This document shows, in pieces, positions 9,067-17,479 of a stretch of DNA of 32,000 bases (the stretch's first letter is position 1; every line of letters begins with the position of its first letter). The notes under the pieces were generated by a model. It saw nothing but the letters and a program-made list of their open reading frames with translations. It did not search any database and was not told the origin of the DNA. A program made the position numbers and the translations under genes. The stretch lies in NCBI RefSeq assembly GCF_014889545.1, contig NZ_QKOF01000007.1:165718-197717 (forward strand), in the 5' to 3' direction. This stretch comes from Methanothermobacter thermautotrophicus (lineage in GTDB: Archaea > Methanobacteriota > Methanobacteria > Methanobacteriales > Methanothermobacteraceae).

Positions 9067-9780
9067 TTGAAATATTACAGGTTGAAATGTTCTAAGTGTG
9101 GATCAGAAAACAGTAGAGGGGCGAAATTCTGTTTAAACTGCGGATCAACTCTATCCCGTGAAGGCGGGGATAAAGGATGGTGGAAGAGGCAGAGCAGAAC
9201 CTCAAAGTTTCTTATCATCTCACCCATCGCCCTCCTCTTACTTGTCCTGGCCGTGGGTGCACTCACAGAACCATCCTATGACAGTGATGTTAATTATGAT
9301 AACGATTATGATAACGATTATGATAACGATGCTGCAAGCGTCTCAGGCGCATCCAGCATGAACACATTCTCTGAAAACGGAATATCATTCAGCTATCCAG
9401 ACACATGGGAAATCTACACACCCGATGAGAGTAGTGATGATAACGTTGTTTCCCTCAAGTCCTATCAGCAGGGCATGGCTTCAATTCTTTCCGTGTACAG
9501 GATGCCAGCCACGGGGGACCTTGAGACCGAACGCGATGCGTGTATTGAAGCCATCTCTAAAAATGGGGATGATGTAACCTATGTTAAGAAGACCACTGTG
9601 GACGGCAACAGGGCCTACATCATAGGATCCTCATACTACTATGAGGGTGATGAAGGTGAACAGGAGTACGTGGTATTCATTGAAGGGGACTATGCCTATA
9701 CTATCCTCTTTACAACCGATGACCTATCACTTATACAGGATGACATAGACAGCATAATATACAGTTTCAGGGTTGATTGA
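9067..9780 (+). CDS. Zinc-ribbon + TM protein with PsbP-like extracytoplasmic domain
   Basis: TTG start 7 nt after GGAGG (9055-9059). KYYRLKCSKCGSENSRGAKFCLNCGS zinc ribbon, TM helix (FLIISPIALLLLVLAVGAL), acidic linker, then FSENGISFSYPDTWEIYTPDESSDDNVVSLKSY. Confidence 0.75.
   Translation: MKYYRLKCSKCGSENSRGAKFCLNCGSTLSREGGDKGWWKRQSRTSKFLIISPIALLLLVLAVGALTEPSYDSDVNYDNDYDNDYDNDAASVSGASSMNTFSENGISFSYPDTWEIYTPDESSDDNVVSLKSYQQGMASILSVYRMPATGDLETERDACIEAISKNGDDVTYVKKTTVDGNRAYIIGSSYYYEGDEGEQEYVVFIEGDYAYTILFTTDDLSLIQDDIDSIIYSFRVD
9295..9330 (+). repeat. In-frame 12-bp tandem repeat (tatgataacgat x3) encoding YDND units
   Basis: Three perfect copies read directly. Translated context is SYDSDVNYDNDYDNDYDNDAAS. 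Confidence 0.95.
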
Positions 9781-10330
9781 GGTGTCTGATAGGACCATCC
9801 TGGTAATTGTGGCTGTCATGGTTATCCTCGCCGGGGCGGCGGTGGCACTGCAGCTCATGGACACCTGCAGCACTTCAGGTGCCGGTGACGATGTTATCAT
9901 CAAAAAAGCAGATGATGGCTACTACCTCAACCTCCAGGCCGCCCTGGAACTCGCAGAGATGGACACCGGCAATGGGACCGTGAACTACAGGAGCTTCAAC
10001 TTCACAGGACCACAGCGCCTCTACATCTACTCAAGGGCCGTGGTAATGATAGGATTCAATGACACTGGCATGATACACGTCAGGAATTACGGAGGACCGG
10101 AGGACCCCTACGGCTACCTTGACACCGCCACCCTCACAGAGAGCGAGTACCTTGACATGGCAGAGCGCACCTACACATGGATGGAATCCCATGGCAGAAG
10201 CCCCAACCATGTTGGGATCTACGTGGAGGGGTCACCTGATATAACGCCAGACCTTGCAGAGAAGATCTTCAGGGAGGTCCTCATTGAATACAGGAGGACA
10301 GGTAAACTCCCTGAGATTACAGGTGTCTGA
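9773..10330 (+). CDS. Hypothetical protein with N-terminal TM helix
   Basis: TILVIVAVMVILAGAAVALQLMD signal/TM, followed by a roughly 150-aa soluble domain. Overlaps the end of the previous gene by 8 nt. Confidence 0.6.
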   Translation: MIEVSDRTILVIVAVMVILAGAAVALQLMDTCSTSGAGDDVIIKKADDGYYLNLQAALELAEMDTGNGTVNYRSFNFTGPQRLYIYSRAVVMIGFNDTGMIHVRNYGGPEDPYGYLDTATLTESEYLDMAERTYTWMESHGRSPNHVGIYVEGSPDITPDLAEKIFREVLIEYRRTGKLPEITGV

Positions 10331-10447
10331 AAAACATTTCCTTATTTTTATTTCTAAGGATCTGAAATGATATCTGATAGGAGTATTCATATTCCATAAA
10401 GGAGCAATTCATAAATCAAGGCATCTGATATCGAGGGAAGCGATAAA

Positions 10448-11149
10448 TTGAAGATTAAATTGATGTTAACTCTGCTGATTTTGTTAACCCTTATCAGTGT
10501 AATCCACCCTGTGAGCCTTCTCACCCCCTCAGGGGGCAACCATGAGGCCCGGGGTGAGGTCATCGGCTCGGATGAACTTGGCACCGTTGAAAGGCTGGGG
10601 CCCTACGGTAACCATGATTCACCCATCAGGATAGCCATCATAACAGGCGTCCACCCCCTGGAGGGGGATGCCCACAGTGCCATGATACAGGCTGTGGAGG
10701 AGAACTCAGACCGCCTCAGGTACATGTACGTCATCTACCACGTGAATGTAACCCGGGACCCCTCAGACTATGAGAGGGGGAGGATGGCGGGCCAGGTACT
10801 CGCAGGAAGGTACGTGGTCCCTGACGTGTCAGCCGGGGACTACGCCCTCGCAGTTGATGTGCACTCCAACAGGGGCAACTACGCCGTGAGGAGGTTCGTA
10901 TTCACACCACTCCCTGAGGAGAGGAGCAGAGGGATAGCCATGGAACTCTCATCAAGGATCAGCTGGTTATCCTACCACTTCCCGGAGTCCCAGACAAGCC
11001 CCGCCTATGTTACGGAACCCCTGATAAGGAACGGGATACCTGCAATCCTCTACGAGAACTACATGTACCAGGACCCATCCAGGACACTTGAAGATGCCAG
11101 GGAATTCCTGATGACCCTTGACTCCATTGACGTCTCCATGTTCAACTGA
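10448..11149 (+). CDS. Secreted M14/succinylglutamate desuccinylase-like metallopeptidase
   Basis: Signal peptide (MKIKLMLTLLILLTLISVIHP), then IRIAIITGVHPLEGDAH (HxxE), AVDVHSNRG (third ligand H) and AILYENY (candidate catalytic E), in the order expected for M14-fold zinc peptidases. Confidence 0.55.
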   Translation: MKIKLMLTLLILLTLISVIHPVSLLTPSGGNHEARGEVIGSDELGTVERLGPYGNHDSPIRIAIITGVHPLEGDAHSAMIQAVEENSDRLRYMYVIYHVNVTRDPSDYERGRMAGQVLAGRYVVPDVSAGDYALAVDVHSNRGNYAVRRFVFTPLPEERSRGIAMELSSRISWLSYHFPESQTSPAYVTEPLIRNGIPAILYENYMYQDPSRTLEDAREFLMTLDSIDVSMFN

Positions 11150-11243
11150 GAGAACAGCAACCACCAGGTCAATCATGAGGTCACCCACCTAAAGAAGAAG
11201 CACCACCAGATTAATATACGTGGTGGATGAAATATTATAGTCG

Positions 11244-11426
11244 ATGATACACTACAGAATGGACCAGCCAGAGAGGGTGAGGTGCAGTGTCTGCGGCGGC
11301 ATCGCAGAGGAGGTCGAGGAGACCTACCCCGAGGAGGGCGACTTCATCCTCTTGATCTACAGGTGCCGTGACTGCGGCCATCTCGAGAAGCGCCAGTACG
11401 GTAAACCCGTGAAGATAATTGATTGA
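11244..11426 (+). CDS. Small zinc-ribbon protein (60 aa)
   Basis: RCSVCGGIAEEVEETYPEEGDFILLIYRCRDCGHLEKRQ has two CxxC knuckles and precedes the DUF169 gene by a few bases. Confidence 0.65.
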   Translation: MIHYRMDQPERVRCSVCGGIAEEVEETYPEEGDFILLIYRCRDCGHLEKRQYGKPVKIID

Positions 11427-11435
11427 GGTGATTTA

Positions 11436-12122
11436 ATGGTTGATGTGTGCGGTGTTAATGGATACGATGAGATCTCAGGGAAACTGAAGGATCTTCTGGG
11501 CCTTGAAAAATCCCCTGTGGCAATTAAACTCGTCCTGAGGGAGGATGACCTCCCTGAGGGTGTTGAGAAGATAGAAAAACCTGCAAGGCACTGTGAAATG
11601 GTCCAGATGGCTGCAGCAGGCGAGGTGTTCTATGCCACTGCAGAGGCCCAGGCATGCAAGGGTGGTGCCGATGCCCTCGGAATCGATGAGGCCCCTGAGA
11701 AGGTCAGGACAGGGGAGTTCTACTACAACCTCGGAAGGTTTGCAAGCTTTGCATCAGCCAAGAGGACCTTCGATGGGATACCATCCATTGACCTCAAATT
11801 CTATGCAGCAGTCTACGCACCCCTGGAGAAGGCCACATTCGACCCCGACGTAATATTGATAATCTGCAACCCGGCCCAGGCCATGAAGATCTCACAGGCC
11901 CTCGTCTACACCCTCGGGGGCCGTGTGGAGGCAGACTTCTCGGGTATACAGTCACTGTGTGCAGATGCCGTTGCAGGGCCATACATGAGGAAGAGGCCAA
12001 ACATAACCATGGGCTGCAGCGGATCAAGGCAGTACGCTGGTGTAAGGGACGATGAACTCATCGTCGGCCTCAACGGTGAAAACCTGGGATGCTTTGTTAA
12101 CGCCCTTGAGGCCATAAGTTAA
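11436..12122 (+). CDS. DUF169 family protein
   Basis: KSPVAIKLV, ACKGGADALGI, FYYNLGRF and GCSGSRQYAGVRDDELIVGL resemble the DUF169 family. SD GAGGTGAT immediately upstream. Confidence 0.75.
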   Translation: MVDVCGVNGYDEISGKLKDLLGLEKSPVAIKLVLREDDLPEGVEKIEKPARHCEMVQMAAAGEVFYATAEAQACKGGADALGIDEAPEKVRTGEFYYNLGRFASFASAKRTFDGIPSIDLKFYAAVYAPLEKATFDPDVILIICNPAQAMKISQALVYTLGGRVEADFSGIQSLCADAVAGPYMRKRPNITMGCSGSRQYAGVRDDELIVGLNGENLGCFVNALEAIS

Positions 12123-12141
12123 GACAATCCATGGGGATGAT

Positions 12142-12354
12142 ATGGTGGTTGAGACGAAGACCTTCAGGATCCTTGAGGATGTTGCAGACCTTGAGGAGAA
12201 GATAAGGAAGTATGAGGGTGAGGCAGACCAGGAACTTGTAATCAACTGGATCTACGACACCCTCGAGATCCTCAGGAGTGTTGGTAAACTCCTCGAGGAG
12301 GTGGAGGACCGCCTGGATTTACTTGAAGAGGAGACCGAGGAAAAGAAATTCTAG
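12142..12354 (+). CDS. Small conserved-type hypothetical protein (about 70 aa, charged, helical)
   Basis: The ORF begins 19 nt after the DUF169 stop on the same strand, with coding-like codon usage. Confidence 0.5.
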   Translation: MVVETKTFRILEDVADLEEKIRKYEGEADQELVINWIYDTLEILRSVGKLLEEVEDRLDLLEEETEEKKF

Positions 12355-12397
12355 GTCTCCACCTTTCTATTTTTTCTGTGAAAGATAGCATTCCATT

Positions 12398-12503
12398 GAG
12401 ATCATTCTGTATCTTTATCTACATCCCTGAAATGGTCCCTGATCCTCAAAGAGATCATTCTGTATCTTTATCTACATCCCTGAAATGGTCCCTGATCCTC
12501 AAA
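12398..12503. repeat. Perfect 53-bp tandem duplication (12398-12450, 12451-12503)
   Basis: gagatcattctgtatctttatctacatccctgaaatggtccctgatcctcaaa occurs twice head-to-tail. The second copy encodes the last codons and stop of the minus-strand gene. Confidence 0.98.
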
Positions 12504-13111
12504 TAATCACTGTAATGGTTTATGTTAACAAGTTCAATGGGGTCAGAGGCCTCTACACCGTAGAGCCTCACACCATCCTCCAGCATCATCCAGAGGAGGG
12601 GGTTTATGTTACCATCCCCCCGGGGCAGGTACTCCCTGAGGAGATCGGCGCCTGCTGCAAGGGGCATCCCGATCCCCCTGGCACTCTCAAGCCAGCCACT
12701 CTCACCCCTCGCGAGGATTGAAACCGTGCAGGGATCAGCATGTTCAGCTATCCTCCTGAGGGTTGCAGGTGATACTGCTGGCTGGTCCCCTGCAGCGCAG
12801 AGAATTATATCTCCAGCTGCAGCCTTTACACCCCTCAGGAGTGACGAGGATAAAGGGACATCCACGGGGTCGTTTCTCACCACACGGACATCCAGACTGG
12901 AGAGGGCCTCCTCCACCTCCCCTGCCCTGTGGCCTGTCACGACTATGCACTCATCAACCCCCGCAGAGAGCACAGCCCTGACTGTAGCCTCTATGACGGT
13001 AACCCCATTGAGGGGGAGGAGGAGCTTGTGGACCGGTTCGAGGCCAAGTTCAGCCATGTCCCTCATCATCCGGCTCGCCCTGCCGGCTGCAGCAACGACA
13101 GCAGATATCAC
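12455..13111 (-). CDS. MobA-like NTP transferase (nucleotidyltransferase)
   Basis: VISAVVAAAGRASRMMRDM...HKLLLPLNGVTVIEATVRAVLSAGVDECIVVTGHRAGEVEEAL...DIILCAAGDQPAVS: N-terminal AAAGRASRM and HK loop. GTG start at 13111 with GGTGG just upstream, overlapping the TAA of the preceding gene. The track extends to 13171. Confidence 0.8.
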   Translation of the reverse strand: MISAVVAAAGRASRMMRDMAELGLEPVHKLLLPLNGVTVIEATVRAVLSAGVDECIVVTGHRAGEVEEALSSLDVRVVRNDPVDVPLSSSLLRGVKAAAGDIILCAAGDQPAVSPATLRRIAEHADPCTVSILARGESGWLESARGIGMPLAAGADLLREYLPRGDGNINPLLWMMLEDGVRLYGVEASDPIELVNINHYSDYLRIRDHFRDVDKDTE

Positions 13112-13112
13112 A

Positions 13113-14291
13113 TTAACCACCCCAGGCGGGTTCAAGCCTGTATAGCCTGGCGTATATCCTTGTATTGGCACCTGAACCCGTCGTCCACATCTCTATGAGT
13201 ACCGGGTATTCCCCTGTGTTCCGGACCTTTATACCCGTTGCCGGGTTGAAGCCGAAGAGGACCGCATGGAACTCCCAGGTCATACCCCTCGGAAGGGGCA
13301 TGCCAGCTGAGGTCACGATGGCCCTCAGTGCCCTTGCAGGGGGGCATGAACCATGGGATGCATAACCGCCGGGGGCTTCAGGATCCCTTGATGCCGTGAA
13401 TCTCACGGTCTCCTTACCAGAGGCCTCACTACCCGGAGGGATTATTGTTCCATTCCAGGCCTCTGCGAAGGCCCTCGCATTGAAGGCCCTCTTATTATCA
13501 TCATACTCCGGGTAGGATCCAAGGAAACTCACTGCACTGGATACCAGGACCCGCCGGCTATCATCGGTGTAGACCATCACAGGGGATCCTGATGGGTAGT
13601 TCTCCATGTACTCGAGCGCAGAAGCGCCAAAGAGTTCCTCTATCATCCCTGGCGGGACAGGAAGCCTTCCATCACTGAAATTTGAGAGCTGATAGTCCAG
13701 CGTAATCCTGTCACCCTCATCGGCCCTCCTGTACCATCTCTTTATCCTGTCAATCGATTTGTATCTGTGGGGGACTGTGCTGTTGCTTATGCTCCCTGCC
13801 GGTACAAAACGGACCCTCTTTCCATTTTCAACTATCTCCAAACCATCCTTCCTTTTAACCCCATAGGTGTAGGGTGTCTTGTAGGCCCAGAGGAAGGTGG
13901 GGGGCTCCTCCACCACGAGCCTCCCACCCTGGACCCTGAGGGACCCTGGACCGCTGACAGTGGACCTGCCACTGGCATCCACACCCTCTGTCATCTCAGA
14001 TATGGGGACGTGTACAGTCCCTGTCAGGATGGCCTGGATGAGGTTTGATGGGTTGAGGTAGTTGAACTCGTCAAGTATGTAGTCGGGGTGGAGTATGAGT
14101 GGCACGCTCCTAACCCTGGACTCATCGATGACATCCTGGCCCTCGAGCACGGTACTCCCCATGGGAAGTGCCGCTATCTCCTCAGGGTCCTGTGGTTCAA
14201 CCCTTCCCTCAAGGTACCATCCAGCAGCCGCCGCTAGTGCAACCAGAACAATTAAAAGGATCAGGTGTTTACCTGATAGCTTCCTCACCAT
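13113..14291 (-). CDS. Membrane-anchored extracytoplasmic protein, possibly distantly VanW-like at the C-terminus
   Basis: N-terminal TM (GKHLILLIVLVALAAAAGWYLEG). The C-terminus (GSCPPARALRAIVTSAGMPLPRGMTWEFHAVLFGFNPATGIKVRNTGEYPVLIEMWTT...RIYARLYRL) is only loosely reminiscent of VanW. The start overlaps the Mur-ligase gene by 23 nt. Confidence 0.6.
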   Translation of the reverse strand: MVRKLSGKHLILLIVLVALAAAAGWYLEGRVEPQDPEEIAALPMGSTVLEGQDVIDESRVRSVPLILHPDYILDEFNYLNPSNLIQAILTGTVHVPISEMTEGVDASGRSTVSGPGSLRVQGGRLVVEEPPTFLWAYKTPYTYGVKRKDGLEIVENGKRVRFVPAGSISNSTVPHRYKSIDRIKRWYRRADEGDRITLDYQLSNFSDGRLPVPPGMIEELFGASALEYMENYPSGSPVMVYTDDSRRVLVSSAVSFLGSYPEYDDNKRAFNARAFAEAWNGTIIPPGSEASGKETVRFTASRDPEAPGGYASHGSCPPARALRAIVTSAGMPLPRGMTWEFHAVLFGFNPATGIKVRNTGEYPVLIEMWTTGSGANTRIYARLYRLEPAWGG

Positions 14292-17271
14292 ACCTGTATC
14301 CCCCCTCTCCTATTATGAGTACAGTGTCATCTGGTCCTGCAATTTCAAGGGCCCTCCTGACGGCCTCGGCCACCTGCTCCCTGCTGGCCCCCAGGGTGCC
14401 TCCACCGGCCCTCATCCTGCTGGATTCTATGTGGACCGCCTTCTCCCCGAGGATGCCCGAGGCCCTCCTGGCGGCATAGGATGCAGGTATGACCACATCT
14501 GCATCCTTGAGGATCGCTGCCATCTCCCTGTCCCCTTCGATTCCGCTCTCTGATGCCACGGTGTTGACCACTATAAGTCTCCGGTCACCCCTGAGCTCCT
14601 GCATGACGGCCCTGACACCTGCAGGGTTGTGGGCGTAGTCCAGGATGACCCTGGGCGACTCTAAGATCTCCTGGAACCTTCCGGGGACGCCTTTGAATGA
14701 TTCGATGCCCCTGACGATGTCATCGATCTCCACTCCCAGGGTCCATGCGGCTGCAGCCGCTGCAAGGGCATTGTAGACATTGAACATCCCGGGGGTTGCA
14801 AGTCTAACCTCCCTCATCTCCTGTCCGATCAGGAGCTTGAAGCCACCAGGGGTTGCATCGATGGCCATGACGTCTGGCTGGGGCCTCCTGTACCCGCAGA
14901 TGCACTGGTAGTCGCCGAGGTGCCCCATGGTCCTCCTGGTGTACCTCAGGGGCTTTCCGCACCTGGGGCACTCCCTGCCCTCAGGCACCACTCCCCTGGA
15001 CTCAGAGCTCTGTATGCCATAGAAAACCACCCTTTCACCAGGGAGTCCATCTGCAAGGGAGGCCACAACAGGGTCATCTGCATTGAGCACGAGATCCTCT
15101 GCAACCTCCACCATTTCAGCCTTGCATTCTATGTAGTCAGAGAATCTCCTCCCGCCCGACAGGTGGTCCCTTGATATGTTTGTTATAACACCCAGTGAGA
15201 CGCCGGAGAGCATGGCTGAACTTCCTATCTCACCCTTCCTCCCGAAGGTGCCTATCTCAACAACTGCGAGGTCACCCGGGAGCCTGGCCTGCAGGGCGGG
15301 TACAAGTTCCGTGTTTCCCTGGATCTTCAGGTGGTGCTCCGGGACCCTCATCCCTGCAGCCCTCATTATGGATTTGAGCATGGCAGTGGTTGTTGTTTTC
15401 CCGTTTGTCCCTGTAACACCCACCACGGGTTTATCGACCGGGCACATGTTGAGTACGTCCTTAACACCTATTATGTCTGCTTCAAGGCCCTCTATGAGTT
15501 CACGGATCCTCCTGTTATTCTCCAGGGCCGGTGTTATGGCCACAGTCCTCGCCCTCCTGAGTATATCAGGGTCATGGCCTCCGAGGTCGAGGTGTATCCC
15601 CTCCTCCCTCAGCACATCCGCCAGGGGTGTATCCTGCCGGAGATCCGAGACCACGACCCTGTGGCCCCTGGCCCTGAGGTTTCTTGCCATGAGGCTTCCC
15701 ACGTTTCCCAGGCCCCCGAGGACGACCACACAGTCATCCATGGACTTCAGGGCCTCCTCGATGTCGGACCTCACATTTTCGTAGGCGTTGACAACCCCGG
15801 GGCCTATATGAAGGATGGTATCCCCTGGTTCTGCAATCTCAAGGGCCCTCCTTATGCTATCATATACGCTCTCTGTCTTTATGGTCCTCTCCTCACCGGC
15901 GCCCCTGGCAACCTCATCGGCGGCCTCCATGTCAGTGACTCCGGTTGTCTCGTTCTTTGCACTTACGATGATGGTGTCGGCCCTTTCAGCCAGGACCCTC
16001 CCTATCCTCTCCTTGTCCCTCACCGTGAGGGTGTCCGGGTTGTCCAGGCTCACTATGAGTCTGCCCTGGAACTCCATGCCCTCGAATAGTTTCTCCATGC
16101 TCTCGGGGTTGTGGGCTGCGTCCATGTACACCCTGACACCGTCAACCTCATCTATGAATTCGAATCTGCCCCTGATGCCCCTGAAGTCCTCGATACGCCT
16201 CTTTATATCCTCCATGTCAAATCCGAGTATGAGTGCGACGGTTATGGCTGCAAGGGCGTTTTCAACGTTGAATATGCCCGGAACCCTGAGGTTTATCCTC
16301 TCCCTGATGGGCCCCACAGAGGCCATACCGTCATGTTCCCTGCAGTTGAGGACTCCGCAGGTGCTGCAGATGGCTGTGGGTATCTCAGAGACATCCAGCG
16401 TGAAAGTTGAGCCTGCAAGTCCCCTAAGCTCTATATCGGAGGCCCTGACCTGGATCCTGGCTGAGCCAGTGAATCTCCTGCCCATAAATTCTACCGTCCT
16501 CTTCTCACCCACACCATAGACCGCCTTTGCCACTTCAAGGTCGTCCAGGAGTCTTGATATAACTGGATCATCGCCGCAGAGTGCCAGAACACCTCCGGGG
16601 GCTATTAGATCCTTTATTGAGAAGTTCCTCTCAATGTACTCATCGTAGTCACTGAATTCGTCCATGTGATCGGGTGTGAGGTTTGTCACAACCCCTGCTG
16701 AGAGTTCGAGGCCCTCGGCCATCCTTATTGTGCCGTGGGGGAGTTCGAACACCGCAAGATCCCTGTCGCATGTATCCCCCTTCACCACGAGTTCCACGAG
16801 GCCCTCTATCACCAGGGAATCCTGGAGTGATGAGAATGATACTGTCCTGTAGCGTGAGGAGAGGATGTGGTCTATCATGTTGGTTGTTGTGGTCTTCCCG
16901 TCGGTTCCCGCCACTCCGACCATGGGGATCCCTATGAGCTCGTTGAGGGTCCTCCCTATATCTGAGCTTGTTATTTGGACCAGGTCCCCGGCATCCCTTA
17001 CCATTTTACGTACCGGTGCGTCCTGGGGGATGTTGGGTGATATGAAAACAGCGTCTGCCCAGAGTATATCCTCCATGCTGTGACCCCCGAACCTGAACTT
17101 CACACCCTCATCCTTCATCTCAGCTATCCTCTTCTGGGCCTTCGGGGGGAGTTCATGGAGTTCCCTGACATCGTTAACAAGGACCCTGTTGTTGAGGTGG
17201 TTGAGCAACCTCGCTGCAGGCCTACCTGCGTTTCCAGCTCCAATCACAAGCACTTTCCTGTTCCTGATCAA
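14269..17271 (-). CDS. Double Mur ligase-family protein: N-terminal Mur ligase fused to a MurT-like (DUF1727-type) Mur ligase
   Basis: Two complete Rossmann + central ligase + C-terminal units: VLVIGAGNAG...VAGTDGKTTTTNMI...CSTCGVLNCREH...GPIRERINLRVPGIFNVENALAA and VVVLGGLGNVG...VTGTNGKTTTTAMLKS...ECPRCGKPLRYTRRTMGHLGDYQCICGYRRPQPD...LATPGMFNVYNALAA...LDYAHNPAG. The C-terminal half carries the MurT zinc ribbon motif. Confidence 0.9.
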   Translation of the reverse strand: MIRNRKVLVIGAGNAGRPAARLLNHLNNRVLVNDVRELHELPPKAQKRIAEMKDEGVKFRFGGHSMEDILWADAVFISPNIPQDAPVRKMVRDAGDLVQITSSDIGRTLNELIGIPMVGVAGTDGKTTTTNMIDHILSSRYRTVSFSSLQDSLVIEGLVELVVKGDTCDRDLAVFELPHGTIRMAEGLELSAGVVTNLTPDHMDEFSDYDEYIERNFSIKDLIAPGGVLALCGDDPVISRLLDDLEVAKAVYGVGEKRTVEFMGRRFTGSARIQVRASDIELRGLAGSTFTLDVSEIPTAICSTCGVLNCREHDGMASVGPIRERINLRVPGIFNVENALAAITVALILGFDMEDIKRRIEDFRGIRGRFEFIDEVDGVRVYMDAAHNPESMEKLFEGMEFQGRLIVSLDNPDTLTVRDKERIGRVLAERADTIIVSAKNETTGVTDMEAADEVARGAGEERTIKTESVYDSIRRALEIAEPGDTILHIGPGVVNAYENVRSDIEEALKSMDDCVVVLGGLGNVGSLMARNLRARGHRVVVSDLRQDTPLADVLREEGIHLDLGGHDPDILRRARTVAITPALENNRRIRELIEGLEADIIGVKDVLNMCPVDKPVVGVTGTNGKTTTTAMLKSIMRAAGMRVPEHHLKIQGNTELVPALQARLPGDLAVVEIGTFGRKGEIGSSAMLSGVSLGVITNISRDHLSGGRRFSDYIECKAEMVEVAEDLVLNADDPVVASLADGLPGERVVFYGIQSSESRGVVPEGRECPRCGKPLRYTRRTMGHLGDYQCICGYRRPQPDVMAIDATPGGFKLLIGQEMREVRLATPGMFNVYNALAAAAAAWTLGVEIDDIVRGIESFKGVPGRFQEILESPRVILDYAHNPAGVRAVMQELRGDRRLIVVNTVASESGIEGDREMAAILKDADVVIPASYAARRASGILGEKAVHIESSRMRAGGGTLGASREQVAEAVRRALEIAGPDDTVLIIGEGGYRYGEEAIR

Positions 17272-17479
17272 TTACATGCACCCATAAACCTTTTTATCAA
17301 ACAAGCTCTCCTTCCTGATGAACTGTGAATAAGAGTAACACCATATGCCAATGATAGTAGCTTTACCTTACCGGTCAGACAGTCTACCTAAAGATATGTG
17401 CTCATCCTATATAGCTATCAGGATCCCGGACCAATCCCTGGAGGTGCCCATCACCACCAGTGGGTCCTGTCAATGTGAT

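Noticed and set aside
12380-12503. CRISPR-like array at the 53-bp repeat
   Set aside because: There are only two copies, directly abutting with no spacer, and one is part of a coding sequence.
13112-13171. N-terminal extension of the nucleotidyltransferase (MPIQGYTPGYTGLNPPG)
   Set aside because: This stretch overlaps the C-terminal coding region of the preceding gene. A GTG at 13111 with GGTGG upstream gives the expected N-terminus VISAVVAAAGR.
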